Below, piece after piece: positions 7,333 through 16,266 of a stretch of DNA of 44,809 nucleotides (position 1 is its first letter; the number at the start of each line of letters is the position of its first letter). Location: the NCBI GenBank assembly GCA_031411295.1, contig JANOAV010000153.1, positions 1 through 44,809 on the forward strand, written 5' to 3'. The notes under the pieces were generated by a model. That model was given only the letters and a program-made list of their open reading frames with translations, did not search any database and was not told where the DNA came from. The position numbers and the translations under genes are program-made. This DNA comes from Verrucomicrobiales bacterium. Its GTDB lineage: Bacteria; Verrucomicrobiota; Verrucomicrobiia; Verrucomicrobiales; V1-33.

Positions 7333-8279
7333 GGCTGGGATGGTGTGGTTTGGGACTCATCAAGTGGGGTAAACCAGCCATAACCAGCGCTGGTCTTTGC
7401 TCCGAGTCCAAAAATGGCAAGGCCCTGGCGAAGCATCTGCTCCGCAAAAGGAAGGACTTTGGGCTTGGCATCTACTCGCAAAGGGAGGAGGGGGAAAACA
7501 AAGCGGTGGCCTGGGGAGATGGCCGGGAAATAGACCGGATTGGGATCTTCTGTGTCCGGGGCCCCTGGGCGATTTCCTTCATAGTATTCAGGATGATGGC
7601 AAGTGAGCACGTCCAGTTCCAAGGCACCAAAGACTTTGCCGCCTGGGTCCGGGACAGCAGCTAGGAAGGCGACACTGCCCATGAACTGGACGGGGAGCTT
7701 GATCCCCAAGGACTGAAAATGATCTGCCAGGAGGGATTGGACGGTAGCTTTGAGTTTCACCCATTCCGCCTTGGAACCGACCGCTTGAGCGAAATCGGAA
7801 TCGCTCTTCCAGTCTGCCTCCACCCAGCCAAAGGCCAGCAGCGTAAGCAGAAGGTGCTGTGGCCGCTGCTCCTCAGACAGCTCCTTGAGCATCTGCACCG
7901 CCATGCGTCTGCCACAGCCTTTAACTGCCGAGCCCGGAATGATAGGGAGTCCGCAGCGGTCCAGTGCAATGGCAGCGTTCTCCATGACTCCGCCGGAAAC
8001 ATTAACCAGCAGCCGAGCCATGAGGTCCGCCCGCAACAAAACACCGCCACAGTTGGCGGCCCTTGCCCGAAGCCATGATAGATGGTGGTGGTTGAGTTGC
8101 GTTGAGGGCGCTTTGGCGAGGCCGACCTCGTAAAATTTCAAGAGGTTGTTCCCGTCATTCTTATCATCTGGCTTGGCACCAGGATCAGCAAAGAGAGTGA
8201 AGAACAGGGATCGGTTCTGAAGTTGGAATCCATCCGCCCAGTAGGCAGCGTGGAGGTCTGTAGGCATGGAGACTGGCAT
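7329..8279 (-). CDS. cmr6: Type III-B RAMP Cmr6
   Basis: GVMENAAIALD, GLPIIPGSAVKG, LDVLTCHHPEYY, DTEDPNPVYF, GLGAKTSAGYGWF. Confidence 0.93.
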   Translation of the reverse strand: MPVSMPTDLHAAYWADGFQLQNRSLFFTLFADPGAKPDDKNDGNNLLKFYEVGLAKAPSTQLNHHHLSWLRARAANCGGVLLRADLMARLLVNVSGGVMENAAIALDRCGLPIIPGSAVKGCGRRMAVQMLKELSEEQRPQHLLLTLLAFGWVEADWKSDSDFAQAVGSKAEWVKLKATVQSLLADHFQSLGIKLPVQFMGSVAFLAAVPDPGGKVFGALELDVLTCHHPEYYEGNRPGAPDTEDPNPVYFPAISPGHRFVFPLLPLRVDAKPKVLPFAEQMLRQGLAIFGLGAKTSAGYGWFTPLDESQTTPSQP

Positions 8280-8293
8280 GGCTGTGAGGCGGG

Positions 8294-8752
8294 TTAGGAA
8301 TTGGAGTTGGGGGCTATCGACTCCTCAATAGCCTGTGGTGCTGCGGGCACGGCTTGGGACTTTGAGTCAGTGGGGGCAAAGCGCTTGAGGTAGCCCAAAT
8401 AAGCCTTGGCCTCGCGTGTGGCGATTCGTAGCACATTACTATCATGGGAGGTGAGGATGCTGATGAATTGATCCAATGTTAGGGATTGCGCTGATTGTCC
8501 TTCGGCCAGGGGCAGGCTGGAAGGGCCGTCTGGTGCGGGGGTTGCCAAATATTGCCCGATGGCCTGCAGGTAAGTCTTCCACCCTTCTCCCTTGGCCTTG
8601 GCATAGGCTAAAGTGGCAAGTAGTCCGTGGGTATGGATCATGCCAGGAATCTTGGCGATGACTTCCCCATCTTTCTGGGACTTAAGTTTGCTCTCGTTTG
8701 CCTTGTAGAATTGATTCGCGGCCAGAGCACGGAGTTGTTCAAGATTTTTCAT
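8294..8752 (-). CDS. cmr5: Type III-B small subunit Cmr5 (Cas11)
   Basis: Likely start MKNLEQLRA at 8752; KIPGMIHTHGLLATLAY and ATREAKAYLGYLKRFA; lies between cmr4 and cmr6. Confidence 0.88.
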   Translation of the reverse strand: MKNLEQLRALAANQFYKANESKLKSQKDGEVIAKIPGMIHTHGLLATLAYAKAKGEGWKTYLQAIGQYLATPAPDGPSSLPLAEGQSAQSLTLDQFISILTSHDSNVLRIATREAKAYLGYLKRFAPTDSKSQAVPAAPQAIEESIAPNSNS

Positions 8753-8769
8753 AGATAAATCGCTATTGG

Positions 8770-9684
8770 TTATGCGGATTCTTGGAAAGAAAGAGAGCAC
8801 TGGCCCAATCCAGTAGTGGCATCCGCCCCAATCTGGATGAATCCACCTGCGCCTACAATTTTCTCCACGAATTTAGTGATTGGGCTCTTCACATCGAGAG
8901 GCTGCGTGGCGGTCCTGCGCTCTGCGATGGTAAGGTAGAATAGGGTTTCCGCAGGGACGTTTTCCTGGTTGAAGAGACCACCTTTGATCGCTGTGCCGGT
9001 GTGGTCGCTGATCGCGACATGGGGGCTAAGTTCGCAGCTGGTCTCAACAAAGTGGGACAGCATTTCATCGGAGACGACTGCTAGATGGTGGAGAATCTCT
9101 GACCAGATGGCATCCGCTGGGAAACATTTCTGAAGGGCTGTAGCTAAGTCCGCCATGCTCGCTGTGGGCGGAGAGGTGGGCGCGAGCGGCGGAGCGAGGA
9201 CGAAGGGTTCGTTTTCCAAGACGAGACGGTTATTGTGGACCACCGCCGATTTGGAAGTGGCCATGGCACTTTGTTGGCCATTAATCGGGGCGAGGTTAAA
9301 TTTCGGAATGGCAGCCGCTGGCAATGCTCCATCCTGCACGGCTCTGCGAAGCAACAGCGGACTGGTGATCCAAGCGAAGCAACCCGTGGCCGAGCGAACC
9401 GGAAAGGCGAGCAGACGCCCTTCCGTGAAAATGAGCTGTCCGGCCTGCTGTTTTGTTTTGCCATTCGCTCCGAAGAGAATTTCGGTATCCGAATTCTCGG
9501 GCCGCTGGCCATCGGGGGCTGTGTCCCAAAGGTCCACGCAACTGCCTTTGAAGCTGGAGGCGGGAATGAAGACAAAACTGGTGTGTTTCTCCCGCTGAAC
9601 GGGAGAATCAACATAACCAGCGGAGTTGCCAGCACCAATGTGAAGCGGGGTGCGGGTGAAGAGATAGAGAACTTTTGTTTGCAT
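8770..9684 (-). CDS. cmr4: Type III-B RAMP Cmr4 (Cas7 backbone RNase)
   Basis: TRTPLHIGAGNSAGYVDSPVQRE (catalytic Asp present), AFPVRS, LFNQENVPAETLFY, IQIGADATTGLG. Confidence 0.95.
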   Translation of the reverse strand: MQTKVLYLFTRTPLHIGAGNSAGYVDSPVQREKHTSFVFIPASSFKGSCVDLWDTAPDGQRPENSDTEILFGANGKTKQQAGQLIFTEGRLLAFPVRSATGCFAWITSPLLLRRAVQDGALPAAAIPKFNLAPINGQQSAMATSKSAVVHNNRLVLENEPFVLAPPLAPTSPPTASMADLATALQKCFPADAIWSEILHHLAVVSDEMLSHFVETSCELSPHVAISDHTGTAIKGGLFNQENVPAETLFYLTIAERRTATQPLDVKSPITKFVEKIVGAGGFIQIGADATTGLGQCSLSFQESA

Positions 9685-9731
9685 GATGGATGGATGTGTT
9701 GGTGTCGGTTAAAGTGTCGTGGGGCTCAAAG

Positions 9732-11075
9732 TCAGGATTTCATGGCGTCTTCGTAGGATTTCCAACCGCCACAGACACCAAGGCCGAAGCCTTGCTCCCC
9801 GAGGAGGGAAGAGCGGCGGGTGATTTTGTTGGGATTGGAAGTGGAAGATCCATGCCACGAGAGGGCGTGGACGAGGGCTTGGGCGTCAGCTTCCGTTTCT
9901 GCTTTGAAGAAATAAACGGCTCCAGCCGGGACGGCTAGTTGGGTGGGTTGTGCACCGGGCTTACCGCTGCGGTGTTCCTGCTTGCTGTAGCGGGCGAGGA
10001 TCTGTGGCTTGGGCACGGAGGCAGAGATGAGCTGGGCGTCGATGAAGACAGTATCCTGGTGAGCGCGGCGGACTTTGGTTCCTTTACCAATGACAAATTC
10101 TTCTGTGCGTTTGCCAGAGGGCCGTTCCGCTGGGAGCAGGACTTTGCCAGTGTAATGGTTGATCCAAGTGGGGAGCCAGCCTCCTGGATGGTCAGTCTTT
10201 GGCTTTTTATCAGGGGGCCGATACCGGATTCGAACCGCGGGAATGGAGGGAAACACCGCTGGACTGAGGAGCAGCCAGGTGACGCAGCCAGAATGTTTTT
10301 CGTAACTCCACTGACTGGTGGGAAGGAGCGTGGTAGGATTTCCTTCCTCCGGTCGCAGGCTGGCGAGGCCGCTCTGACCTCCAAGGATGAGCTGGCGGGG
10401 GTAGTCGGCCCGGTTGTCCCGCTGCGGCCCGCCGGAAATCAGCAGGCCCATGGAGGTGCGGCCCTGACCATCATCCCGCAGGCGCAAGTATTCCGCACTG
10501 TAGATGTTCTTGCCGTCCTGGGTGTTGGTGCTGCGGTCAATGCCAATGCCGGTGGTCCAGTCTTTGGAGAAGAGATCGGCATCGGTGCGGCCAGCATGCT
10601 GGGGGAGTGGGGCACCTCGGAGGTAGGTCTCCAGCTCCAGCTTGGTGCACCAAGTGGGGAGTTTGGCTTTGCTGGGTCTCACTGTGCTGCCCAATGGCTG
10701 GAGCCAAGGAAAAGTGGAACTCAGATCAGATTGCCCAAGTTCTTCGCTCATCGGGAGGGCGCGGTCGTGTTGCGGAACGTCGCTGGGTGCGAGGTTGCTG
10801 GGCGTGGCAAAAAACCATTGTTTGGTGGTCGCTGTTTCCACCACGGGCCAAGGACCAGCGGTGACAAGGTTGCTGAAATAATGCCCCCGGTGGTGGTGAC
10901 CCTGGTCGGCTTTCTCCTTATCAGTAGCCTGTAGGTGCAAAGCGGAATGCAGCGCATGAAAGGTAACATCCGGGGTCGGCCAGCGTCCGCCATGACCGCC
11001 AGTGCCTTGGCCCGCTTCCATGGGGCGACCATCGCCAACAAAGAGAACATCGCGTGGAGTGAGGTAATGAATCAT
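9732..11075 (-). CDS. cmr3: Type III-B Cmr3 (Cas5 group)
   Basis: PRDVLFVGDGRP, TGIGIDR, IYSAEYLRL, LLSPAVF, AVPAGAVYFF, EQGFGLGVCG. Confidence 0.92.
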   Translation of the reverse strand: MIHYLTPRDVLFVGDGRPMEAGQGTGGHGGRWPTPDVTFHALHSALHLQATDKEKADQGHHHRGHYFSNLVTAGPWPVVETATTKQWFFATPSNLAPSDVPQHDRALPMSEELGQSDLSSTFPWLQPLGSTVRPSKAKLPTWCTKLELETYLRGAPLPQHAGRTDADLFSKDWTTGIGIDRSTNTQDGKNIYSAEYLRLRDDGQGRTSMGLLISGGPQRDNRADYPRQLILGGQSGLASLRPEEGNPTTLLPTSQWSYEKHSGCVTWLLLSPAVFPSIPAVRIRYRPPDKKPKTDHPGGWLPTWINHYTGKVLLPAERPSGKRTEEFVIGKGTKVRRAHQDTVFIDAQLISASVPKPQILARYSKQEHRSGKPGAQPTQLAVPAGAVYFFKAETEADAQALVHALSWHGSSTSNPNKITRRSSLLGEQGFGLGVCGGWKSYEDAMKS

Positions 11076-11099
11076 AAAATTGCTTGATGTGAAAAGGGG

Positions 11100-13361
11100 T
11101 TAATCTTGGCGAGCCAGGAAGGCTTCGGTCTGGAAGAGGTGAATGAAGTCAGCTACTTTGCGGGGGTGTTCGGGATCGCTTTTGGTCTGGGCTAGCAGAT
11201 CATCGAGATAGCTCTCGGCTGCGCGCTGCAAGGCTTGACGCAGTGCGGCGTGGTCATCCTTGATCTGGCGGCTGCAAACGAAGTTGAACTCCGCAGTGAT
11301 GATTGGTTTGATGGCGGCAGTGATAGTCTCCCCAACGAACGGGCGGAGGAGTTCGGCTAGTTTATACGGGAAACGCCCGCTGATGGCTGGCTCATGCTTT
11401 GGATTATCGTAATCTGGGCGGAAGTTTTTACTGAAGAGTTCCAGTAACTCCAAAGCGGGGGAGGTTGCGGTCTGCAGAGCAGGGACGGCAAATTTACATC
11501 CCCACTCAATCATCTCTCCGCTCCGCTTAAAGAGCGTGAGCTGAAGCGCATTGCGGCCACGGTGGTTCTTGGCGATTTTAAGATTAGCCTGAGCCACTTC
11601 CATCATGTCCTGGAGGGGGGCTTTGAAATGACCGATGGCAATGCCAGCGGAGGCGGTGAGTGTAAGGTCTTGGCATCCTACGGCCGCAGCAGCTTCGCCC
11701 ATGCCGGAGGAAAATTTCTGGTTGAACCACACCGCACAAGCGATGGCTTCATCGGCTGGGAGGATGGCCAGGAGATCGTCGGCTCCTGCGTAGATGACTT
11801 TGCCATGGAAGGGAGCTTCTATATCCGGTTCAGGGTCCGACGGGGATTGTTCAATACCTTTGTGGATATTTTGGGCTGCGACCTTCACCAAGCCCTGGCT
11901 GAGCGCTTTGTGGAATTTTTCCGTCAGCGGATCTTGTTTCTTGGCTTGGCTATCACCGGCTTCCTCAGAGGGAGTTTCCGCCTGCCCACTGAGCCATTTC
12001 CCCATGCCATCTCCATCCATGGCCAACACGGCGTAGTGGCGGCCCGGGGTATTGATGTCCAGTGTTTTGATGATGCTGTGCAAGGCGTCTTGGCCTTTGA
12101 GTAGGTCAGCCTTGTGCTCAGCCTTGGCCTCTAACAGAAGTGCCGCCCAATAGGTAGGCTGGAAGAGTTCCCAGTCCACGCGATTGAACCATGCTGCGCG
12201 GTCATTCTCACGCTGAGGGAGGGAAACCTCTGTGAGTTTTTCAATGGTGGATTTGATCGTGTAAATGGTATTAACAAAATCGTCCCAGGCTGTCACGTTC
12301 GGCGCCGTCTGTTCAAGTTTGTCCAGTTCCTTAATCTTTTTCCGCGCCTGGAGTGCCCAAGGATATGCCGCAATAGCGGGCAGCGAAGGCATGTTGAAGT
12401 AGGTGTCGCCAATGAAGCGGGTTTGTTTCTTGTCAAAGCCTTGGGCCTGCTCTTCCAAATACGCCTTGTGCCAGACGCGTTTGACTGCCATGGGAGCGCC
12501 CAAGGGATCGGTGCTACGGAAGAGATTTTGAAGTGTTTTGGCATCGTCAGTTGGTAACGCTTTAAGCTTTTCATGCCACTCTTTGTCCAACACGGCTTCT
12601 TCCTTGCCGGAAAATGCATCGCGATCAGGACAGGACGCACCGGCCGCGACGGATCCCGTCCAAGAGGAGAAATCCCGCAGATGCCGCCGTGCATCGAGTC
12701 GATGCCCAGCGAGTTGGTAGTTCGGATGCCAAGCATTCCCTTCGACTATCTTGACGTCTGCACCCAGCGGAGTTTGCTTGAATAAGGCCCATGCGTCTGT
12801 CTCTGTCTGATCAGGCCAAAGCTGCCAAGCGACTTGCCAGAGATTCCGCAGTTGGAAATGCCACTGGTGCTTTTGTGCGACGGTGAAAGGTGGTCCGTCC
12901 TTCTGCAAGAAGTCTAGACATTGGTCTGCCAAGCCACGCCAAATGCTCTTGGGGACGGCTTGCCCGTCGTCGCCATAAGCGAAGACGATCTTAGTCACCT
13001 CTCGGATCTCCTTTGCGACATCTTGCGGACAGCCTGCTACCGGGATCTGAGCCATGACGCGGTTAGTGATCGCAGGCAGAAGGGCCTTCTTGGGATCACT
13101 GCGGTTCAGAGTTTCAATCCAATCCAACGTGGGAACTCCAGAAGCCTCGGAGTTCCCCGCAGGAACCACAGGAAAGACGAAGTCAATGCTGGGGATCTTT
13201 TCCCGACAAACCTTAATCCACTGGGCCATCATCCATGAGAGCATGAAACTCCCCGACCAGCAGTCACGCGTGCTCCGAGCCAGAGCGATAAAATCCTGAA
13301 CCGGGCCAACTTGGCAGATGAGTAGAAAGGGCGGTTTGTCGGGTGGTGATGAGTTGCTCAT
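11100..13361 (-). CDS. cas10: Cas10/Cmr2, lacking HD domain, with GADD Palm motif (start 13361 preferred; alternative 13439)
   Basis: GPVQDFIALARSTRDCWSGSFMLSW, YAVLAMDGDGMGKWL, VIYAGADDLLA, TASAGIAIGH, AK..RGRNAL, KRSG. Confidence 0.95.
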   Translation of the reverse strand: MSNSSPPDKPPFLLICQVGPVQDFIALARSTRDCWSGSFMLSWMMAQWIKVCREKIPSIDFVFPVVPAGNSEASGVPTLDWIETLNRSDPKKALLPAITNRVMAQIPVAGCPQDVAKEIREVTKIVFAYGDDGQAVPKSIWRGLADQCLDFLQKDGPPFTVAQKHQWHFQLRNLWQVAWQLWPDQTETDAWALFKQTPLGADVKIVEGNAWHPNYQLAGHRLDARRHLRDFSSWTGSVAAGASCPDRDAFSGKEEAVLDKEWHEKLKALPTDDAKTLQNLFRSTDPLGAPMAVKRVWHKAYLEEQAQGFDKKQTRFIGDTYFNMPSLPAIAAYPWALQARKKIKELDKLEQTAPNVTAWDDFVNTIYTIKSTIEKLTEVSLPQRENDRAAWFNRVDWELFQPTYWAALLLEAKAEHKADLLKGQDALHSIIKTLDINTPGRHYAVLAMDGDGMGKWLSGQAETPSEEAGDSQAKKQDPLTEKFHKALSQGLVKVAAQNIHKGIEQSPSDPEPDIEAPFHGKVIYAGADDLLAILPADEAIACAVWFNQKFSSGMGEAAAAVGCQDLTLTASAGIAIGHFKAPLQDMMEVAQANLKIAKNHRGRNALQLTLFKRSGEMIEWGCKFAVPALQTATSPALELLELFSKNFRPDYDNPKHEPAISGRFPYKLAELLRPFVGETITAAIKPIITAEFNFVCSRQIKDDHAALRQALQRAAESYLDDLLAQTKSDPEHPRKVADFIHLFQTEAFLARQD

Positions 13362-13455
13362 GAGAGTATTCGTAGGGAGGTCAGGGACGCGCGGCAAGAA
13401 GATATTATTGGAAATGTGAGTATAATTAACACTATTCACCCCTCATTTCTACAAT

Positions 13456-13471
13456 GCGGATATTTGCGGAT
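13456..13471. promoter_or_regulatory. GCGGAT-N4-GCGGAT direct repeat upstream of the cas10 operon
   Basis: GCGGATATTTGCGGAT, same as the motif at 4770-4785 and in the same orientation relative to the downstream operon. Confidence 0.45.
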
Positions 13472-13608
13472 AATTTCTCCACGTCGCAAAGACGCACGGA
13501 ATAGACTGGCCATGCGGCATCGTCATAAATTCTCTCGTTGCAGAGCACTGTTGACGAATCAGAACTATCCACTGATGCGTCTCGCAATCCAAATTTACCC
13601 CAAAGCCC

Positions 13609-14091
13609 ATGTCCCAACACCAAGCCACCATCCACTGGACCTGCACCAGCCCTGATTTTCTCAAAGGCCGCTACTCCCGTGAGCACACGTGGGAGTTCGA
13701 TGGCGGTGTGGTCGTGCCCGCCTCTCCCTCGCCCGTGGTGGTGCCTGCGCCTTACTCGAATCCTGCCAACGTGGACCCAGAGGAGGCGTTTGTGGCTTCA
13801 GTTTCGAGCTGTCACATGCTGACGTTTTTATACGTGGCTTCCAAGCAGGGGTTTCAAGTGGACAGCTACCACGATGATGCCGTGGGCGTGCTGACGAAGA
13901 ACGCGAAGGGGATTCCGTGGGTTAGTCAAATCACGCTTTATCCAACGATCGTTTACAGCGGAGCCAAACAACCGACCACCGAGGAGATCGCCCATCTGCA
14001 TCACCTGGCTCACGAGCAGTGTTTTATTGCCAACTCGATCAAGACGGAGGTGATCGTAGCGGAACCAACGGCACCCAAGAGCAACCCATGA
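13609..14091 (+). CDS. OsmC/Ohr family peroxiredoxin-like protein
   Basis: DPEEAFVASVSSCHMLTFL and AHEQCFIANSIKT with the two conserved Cys. Confidence 0.92.
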   Translation: MSQHQATIHWTCTSPDFLKGRYSREHTWEFDGGVVVPASPSPVVVPAPYSNPANVDPEEAFVASVSSCHMLTFLYVASKQGFQVDSYHDDAVGVLTKNAKGIPWVSQITLYPTIVYSGAKQPTTEEIAHLHHLAHEQCFIANSIKTEVIVAEPTAPKSNP

Positions 14092-14339
14092 ATCGGATGG
14101 ATCGCCTAGTGACTTTGGACCTGATGTCGCAGCCCCGGCGGGTGACTACCACAGCGGAAATGGCGACTCGTTTTAAGATCACGGAGCGCACGGTGTATCG
14201 GGATATTGCTGCGTTAGGAGAAAGTGGCGAACCCGGGGTGGGTTGCAATTTGCTGCGTGGCGCTCATTTACCGCCCGTCCTGTTTTCGTCAGAAGAAGCC
14301 TTTACCAGTTCCTTGCAGACTTTGGTTCCGATAAAATGA
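14088..14339 (+). pseudogene. Truncated YafY-like HTH-WYL regulator (HTH only)
   Basis: MNRMDRL...AEMATRFKITERTVYRDIAALGESG-EPGVG...LPPVLFSSEEA then stop; the segment before GEPGVG looks shortened and the WYL domain is absent. Confidence 0.75.
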
Positions 14340-14395
14340 TGAAACTTCCCCAAGCGCCCATGGCTGCCGCCCCATAAACCTAACCCGAAATCATT

Positions 14396-14770
14396 ATGCT
14401 CTTTACTGAAGTTGCCTTCACCTGCTATCCCGTCACAGACCTCCCCGCCTCCAGAGCCTTTTACGAAGGGCTGCTGCAACTCGTCCCGACCATGGTCACG
14501 CCGATGGGCGAGGATGGCGGCTGGGTGGAATATGAACTTGGGCCGCACACTCTCGCCATCGGCAAAGCCCCCGGCTGGCTCCCCAGCGCGGATGGGCCCA
14601 GTTGCGGCCTCGAAGCCGTCGATTTTGATGCCACCATCGCGTCCTTGAAAGCGGCCGGGGCAAGCTTCAAAATGGAGCCCTTCGAGACCCCGGTATGCCA
14701 CATGGCCATGGTGTTCGATCCTGCCGGAAATATTATCATCATTCACAAGCGCAAGCCCGGGCATCATTAG
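14396..14770 (+). CDS. VOC/glyoxalase family protein
   Basis: YPVTDLPASRAFYEGLL, FETPVCHMAMVFDPAGNIIIIH. Confidence 0.9.
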   Translation: MLFTEVAFTCYPVTDLPASRAFYEGLLQLVPTMVTPMGEDGGWVEYELGPHTLAIGKAPGWLPSADGPSCGLEAVDFDATIASLKAAGASFKMEPFETPVCHMAMVFDPAGNIIIIHKRKPGHH

Positions 14771-14778
14771 CATTCGCC

Positions 14779-15132
14779 ATGAACCAACACGAAAAACTCA
14801 ATTACGTCGAATTTCACTCTCGCGACCTAACGCTAACTAAAGCGTTCTTCACGAAAGCCTTTGGCTGGACCTTCACGGATTATGGCCCCGAATACACCGC
14901 CTTCTCCAATGAAGGACTTGATGGCGGATTCTTCCTCTCTGACAAATCCTCTTCCGCAGCCTCCGGAGCCGCTTTGGTGATCTTCTACAGCGAACGCTTG
15001 GAGGACACCCAGGCTAAAGTCGAGCAAGCGGGAGGAATCATCAGCACCCCTATCTTTACCTTCCCGGGCGGTCGTCGTTTCCATTTCACCGAGCCTTCAG
15101 GAAATGAGTTTGCGGTGTGGTCGGATCATTAG
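14779..15132 (+). CDS. VOC/glyoxalase family protein
   Basis: MNQHEKLNYVEF...KAFFTKAFGWTFTDYGPEY...FPGGRRFHFTEPSGNEFAVWSD. Confidence 0.9.
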   Translation: MNQHEKLNYVEFHSRDLTLTKAFFTKAFGWTFTDYGPEYTAFSNEGLDGGFFLSDKSSSAASGAALVIFYSERLEDTQAKVEQAGGIISTPIFTFPGGRRFHFTEPSGNEFAVWSDH

Positions 15133-15139
15133 ATAATGA

Positions 15140-15343
15140 GTGCTGACCCAGCAACTCACCGCCGCACTTCCCGATGTCATGGTCAACAGCATGTGCCCCG
15201 GCTGGTGCCGCACGGAAATGGGAGGACAAGACGCTCCCTTGAGCCCGGAGGAAGGCGCGGACACGCTCGTTTGGCTGGCGCTCGAGGCACCCGACTCGCT
15301 GAGGGGGGCGTTTCTCAAGCAGCGCAAAATTATCCCTTGGTGA
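15140..15343 (+). pseudogene. C-terminal fragment of SDR (carbonyl reductase-like) gene
   Basis: VNSMCPGWCRTEMGG...SPEEGADTLVWLA...IIPW; no Rossmann or YxxxK portion upstream. Confidence 0.8.
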
Positions 15344-15467
15344 CCAAGTCATCCGCAGGCAATGGAGCGATGGAAACCGCTGTCGCGCCCTTGCAACCAT
15401 ACGCCACAGTCCTAGCATCCCAAGATTCCTCTGAACCCATAAACCATTCACTCATTCTAAACGGAAA

Positions 15468-16223
15468 ATGAGCCTCCTGGACCACCCCATAATCAGTGAG
15501 CGATACTTCTTCCCCCAACCGGGCCGTCCCCGCAGCGGGGCTTGGGAGGTAAATACCAGCGATGGATACACCCTGGTGTGCTATCGCCAAGTGTGTCCCG
15601 GAAACAAGCGGACCGTGGTTTACTATCATGGCAATGGTGAAACGGTGGCGAATCAATTCCCCTGGCCTGCAGACGAATGGCTGCAACTGGGCGTCAATCT
15701 CGTGGTTGTCTGCTATCGGGGCTACGGCGGATCCAGCGGCAAGCCACAGTTGGCTAAAATGCTGCAGGACGTGCCATCCGTATTCGAAGCGCTGCAAATC
15801 CCTGCCTCTCAATTGGTAATCGTTGGCAGATCCATCGGCTCACTTTATGCGTGTGAATTCGTCCATCGCTATCCTGAAGTAGCTGGACTTATCCTGGAGA
15901 GCAGCATTGCCGATCCATTGGAGCGCTTGTTATTGCGGGCGCAGCCGGAAGAGTTGGGCGGCACTCACGAGCAGTTGCAGGCAGAGGTGGCGCAGCACTT
16001 GAACCAGCAGCAAAAGTTAGCAAGCTACCCCGGTCCGGTGCTGATCCTGCACGCGCTGGGAGACACGCTGGTGGATGTCTCCCACGCCCGGCGGAATTAC
16101 GCGTGGGCCGGTGGGCCCAAACAGTTGGTCTTGTTTGAACGGGGCGATCACAACTCCATTCTCGCAGCCAATCAAACACAATACTTCCAGGCGATCGGCC
16201 AATTCCTAGCCTCACTGGATTGA
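15468..16223 (+). CDS. Alpha/beta hydrolase
   Basis: YYHGNGE, YRGYGGSSG, GRSIG nucleophile elbow, HALGD, GDHN. Confidence 0.9.
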   Translation: MSLLDHPIISERYFFPQPGRPRSGAWEVNTSDGYTLVCYRQVCPGNKRTVVYYHGNGETVANQFPWPADEWLQLGVNLVVVCYRGYGGSSGKPQLAKMLQDVPSVFEALQIPASQLVIVGRSIGSLYACEFVHRYPEVAGLILESSIADPLERLLLRAQPEELGGTHEQLQAEVAQHLNQQQKLASYPGPVLILHALGDTLVDVSHARRNYAWAGGPKQLVLFERGDHNSILAANQTQYFQAIGQFLASLD

Positions 16224-16266
16224 AGGACTATTTGTGCGGTCCGGCAGGAACGGCAAATCAGCCCCC

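Noticed and set aside
14088..14339. WYL regulator as the dedicated CRISPR regulator
   Set aside because: It is truncated and in the usual YafY-with-VOC/OsmC context; nothing links it to the cas operons except proximity.
15468..16223. Alpha/beta hydrolase as a type III effector
   Set aside because: No CARF or SAVED sensor domain; opposite strand and separated from cas10 by unrelated genes.
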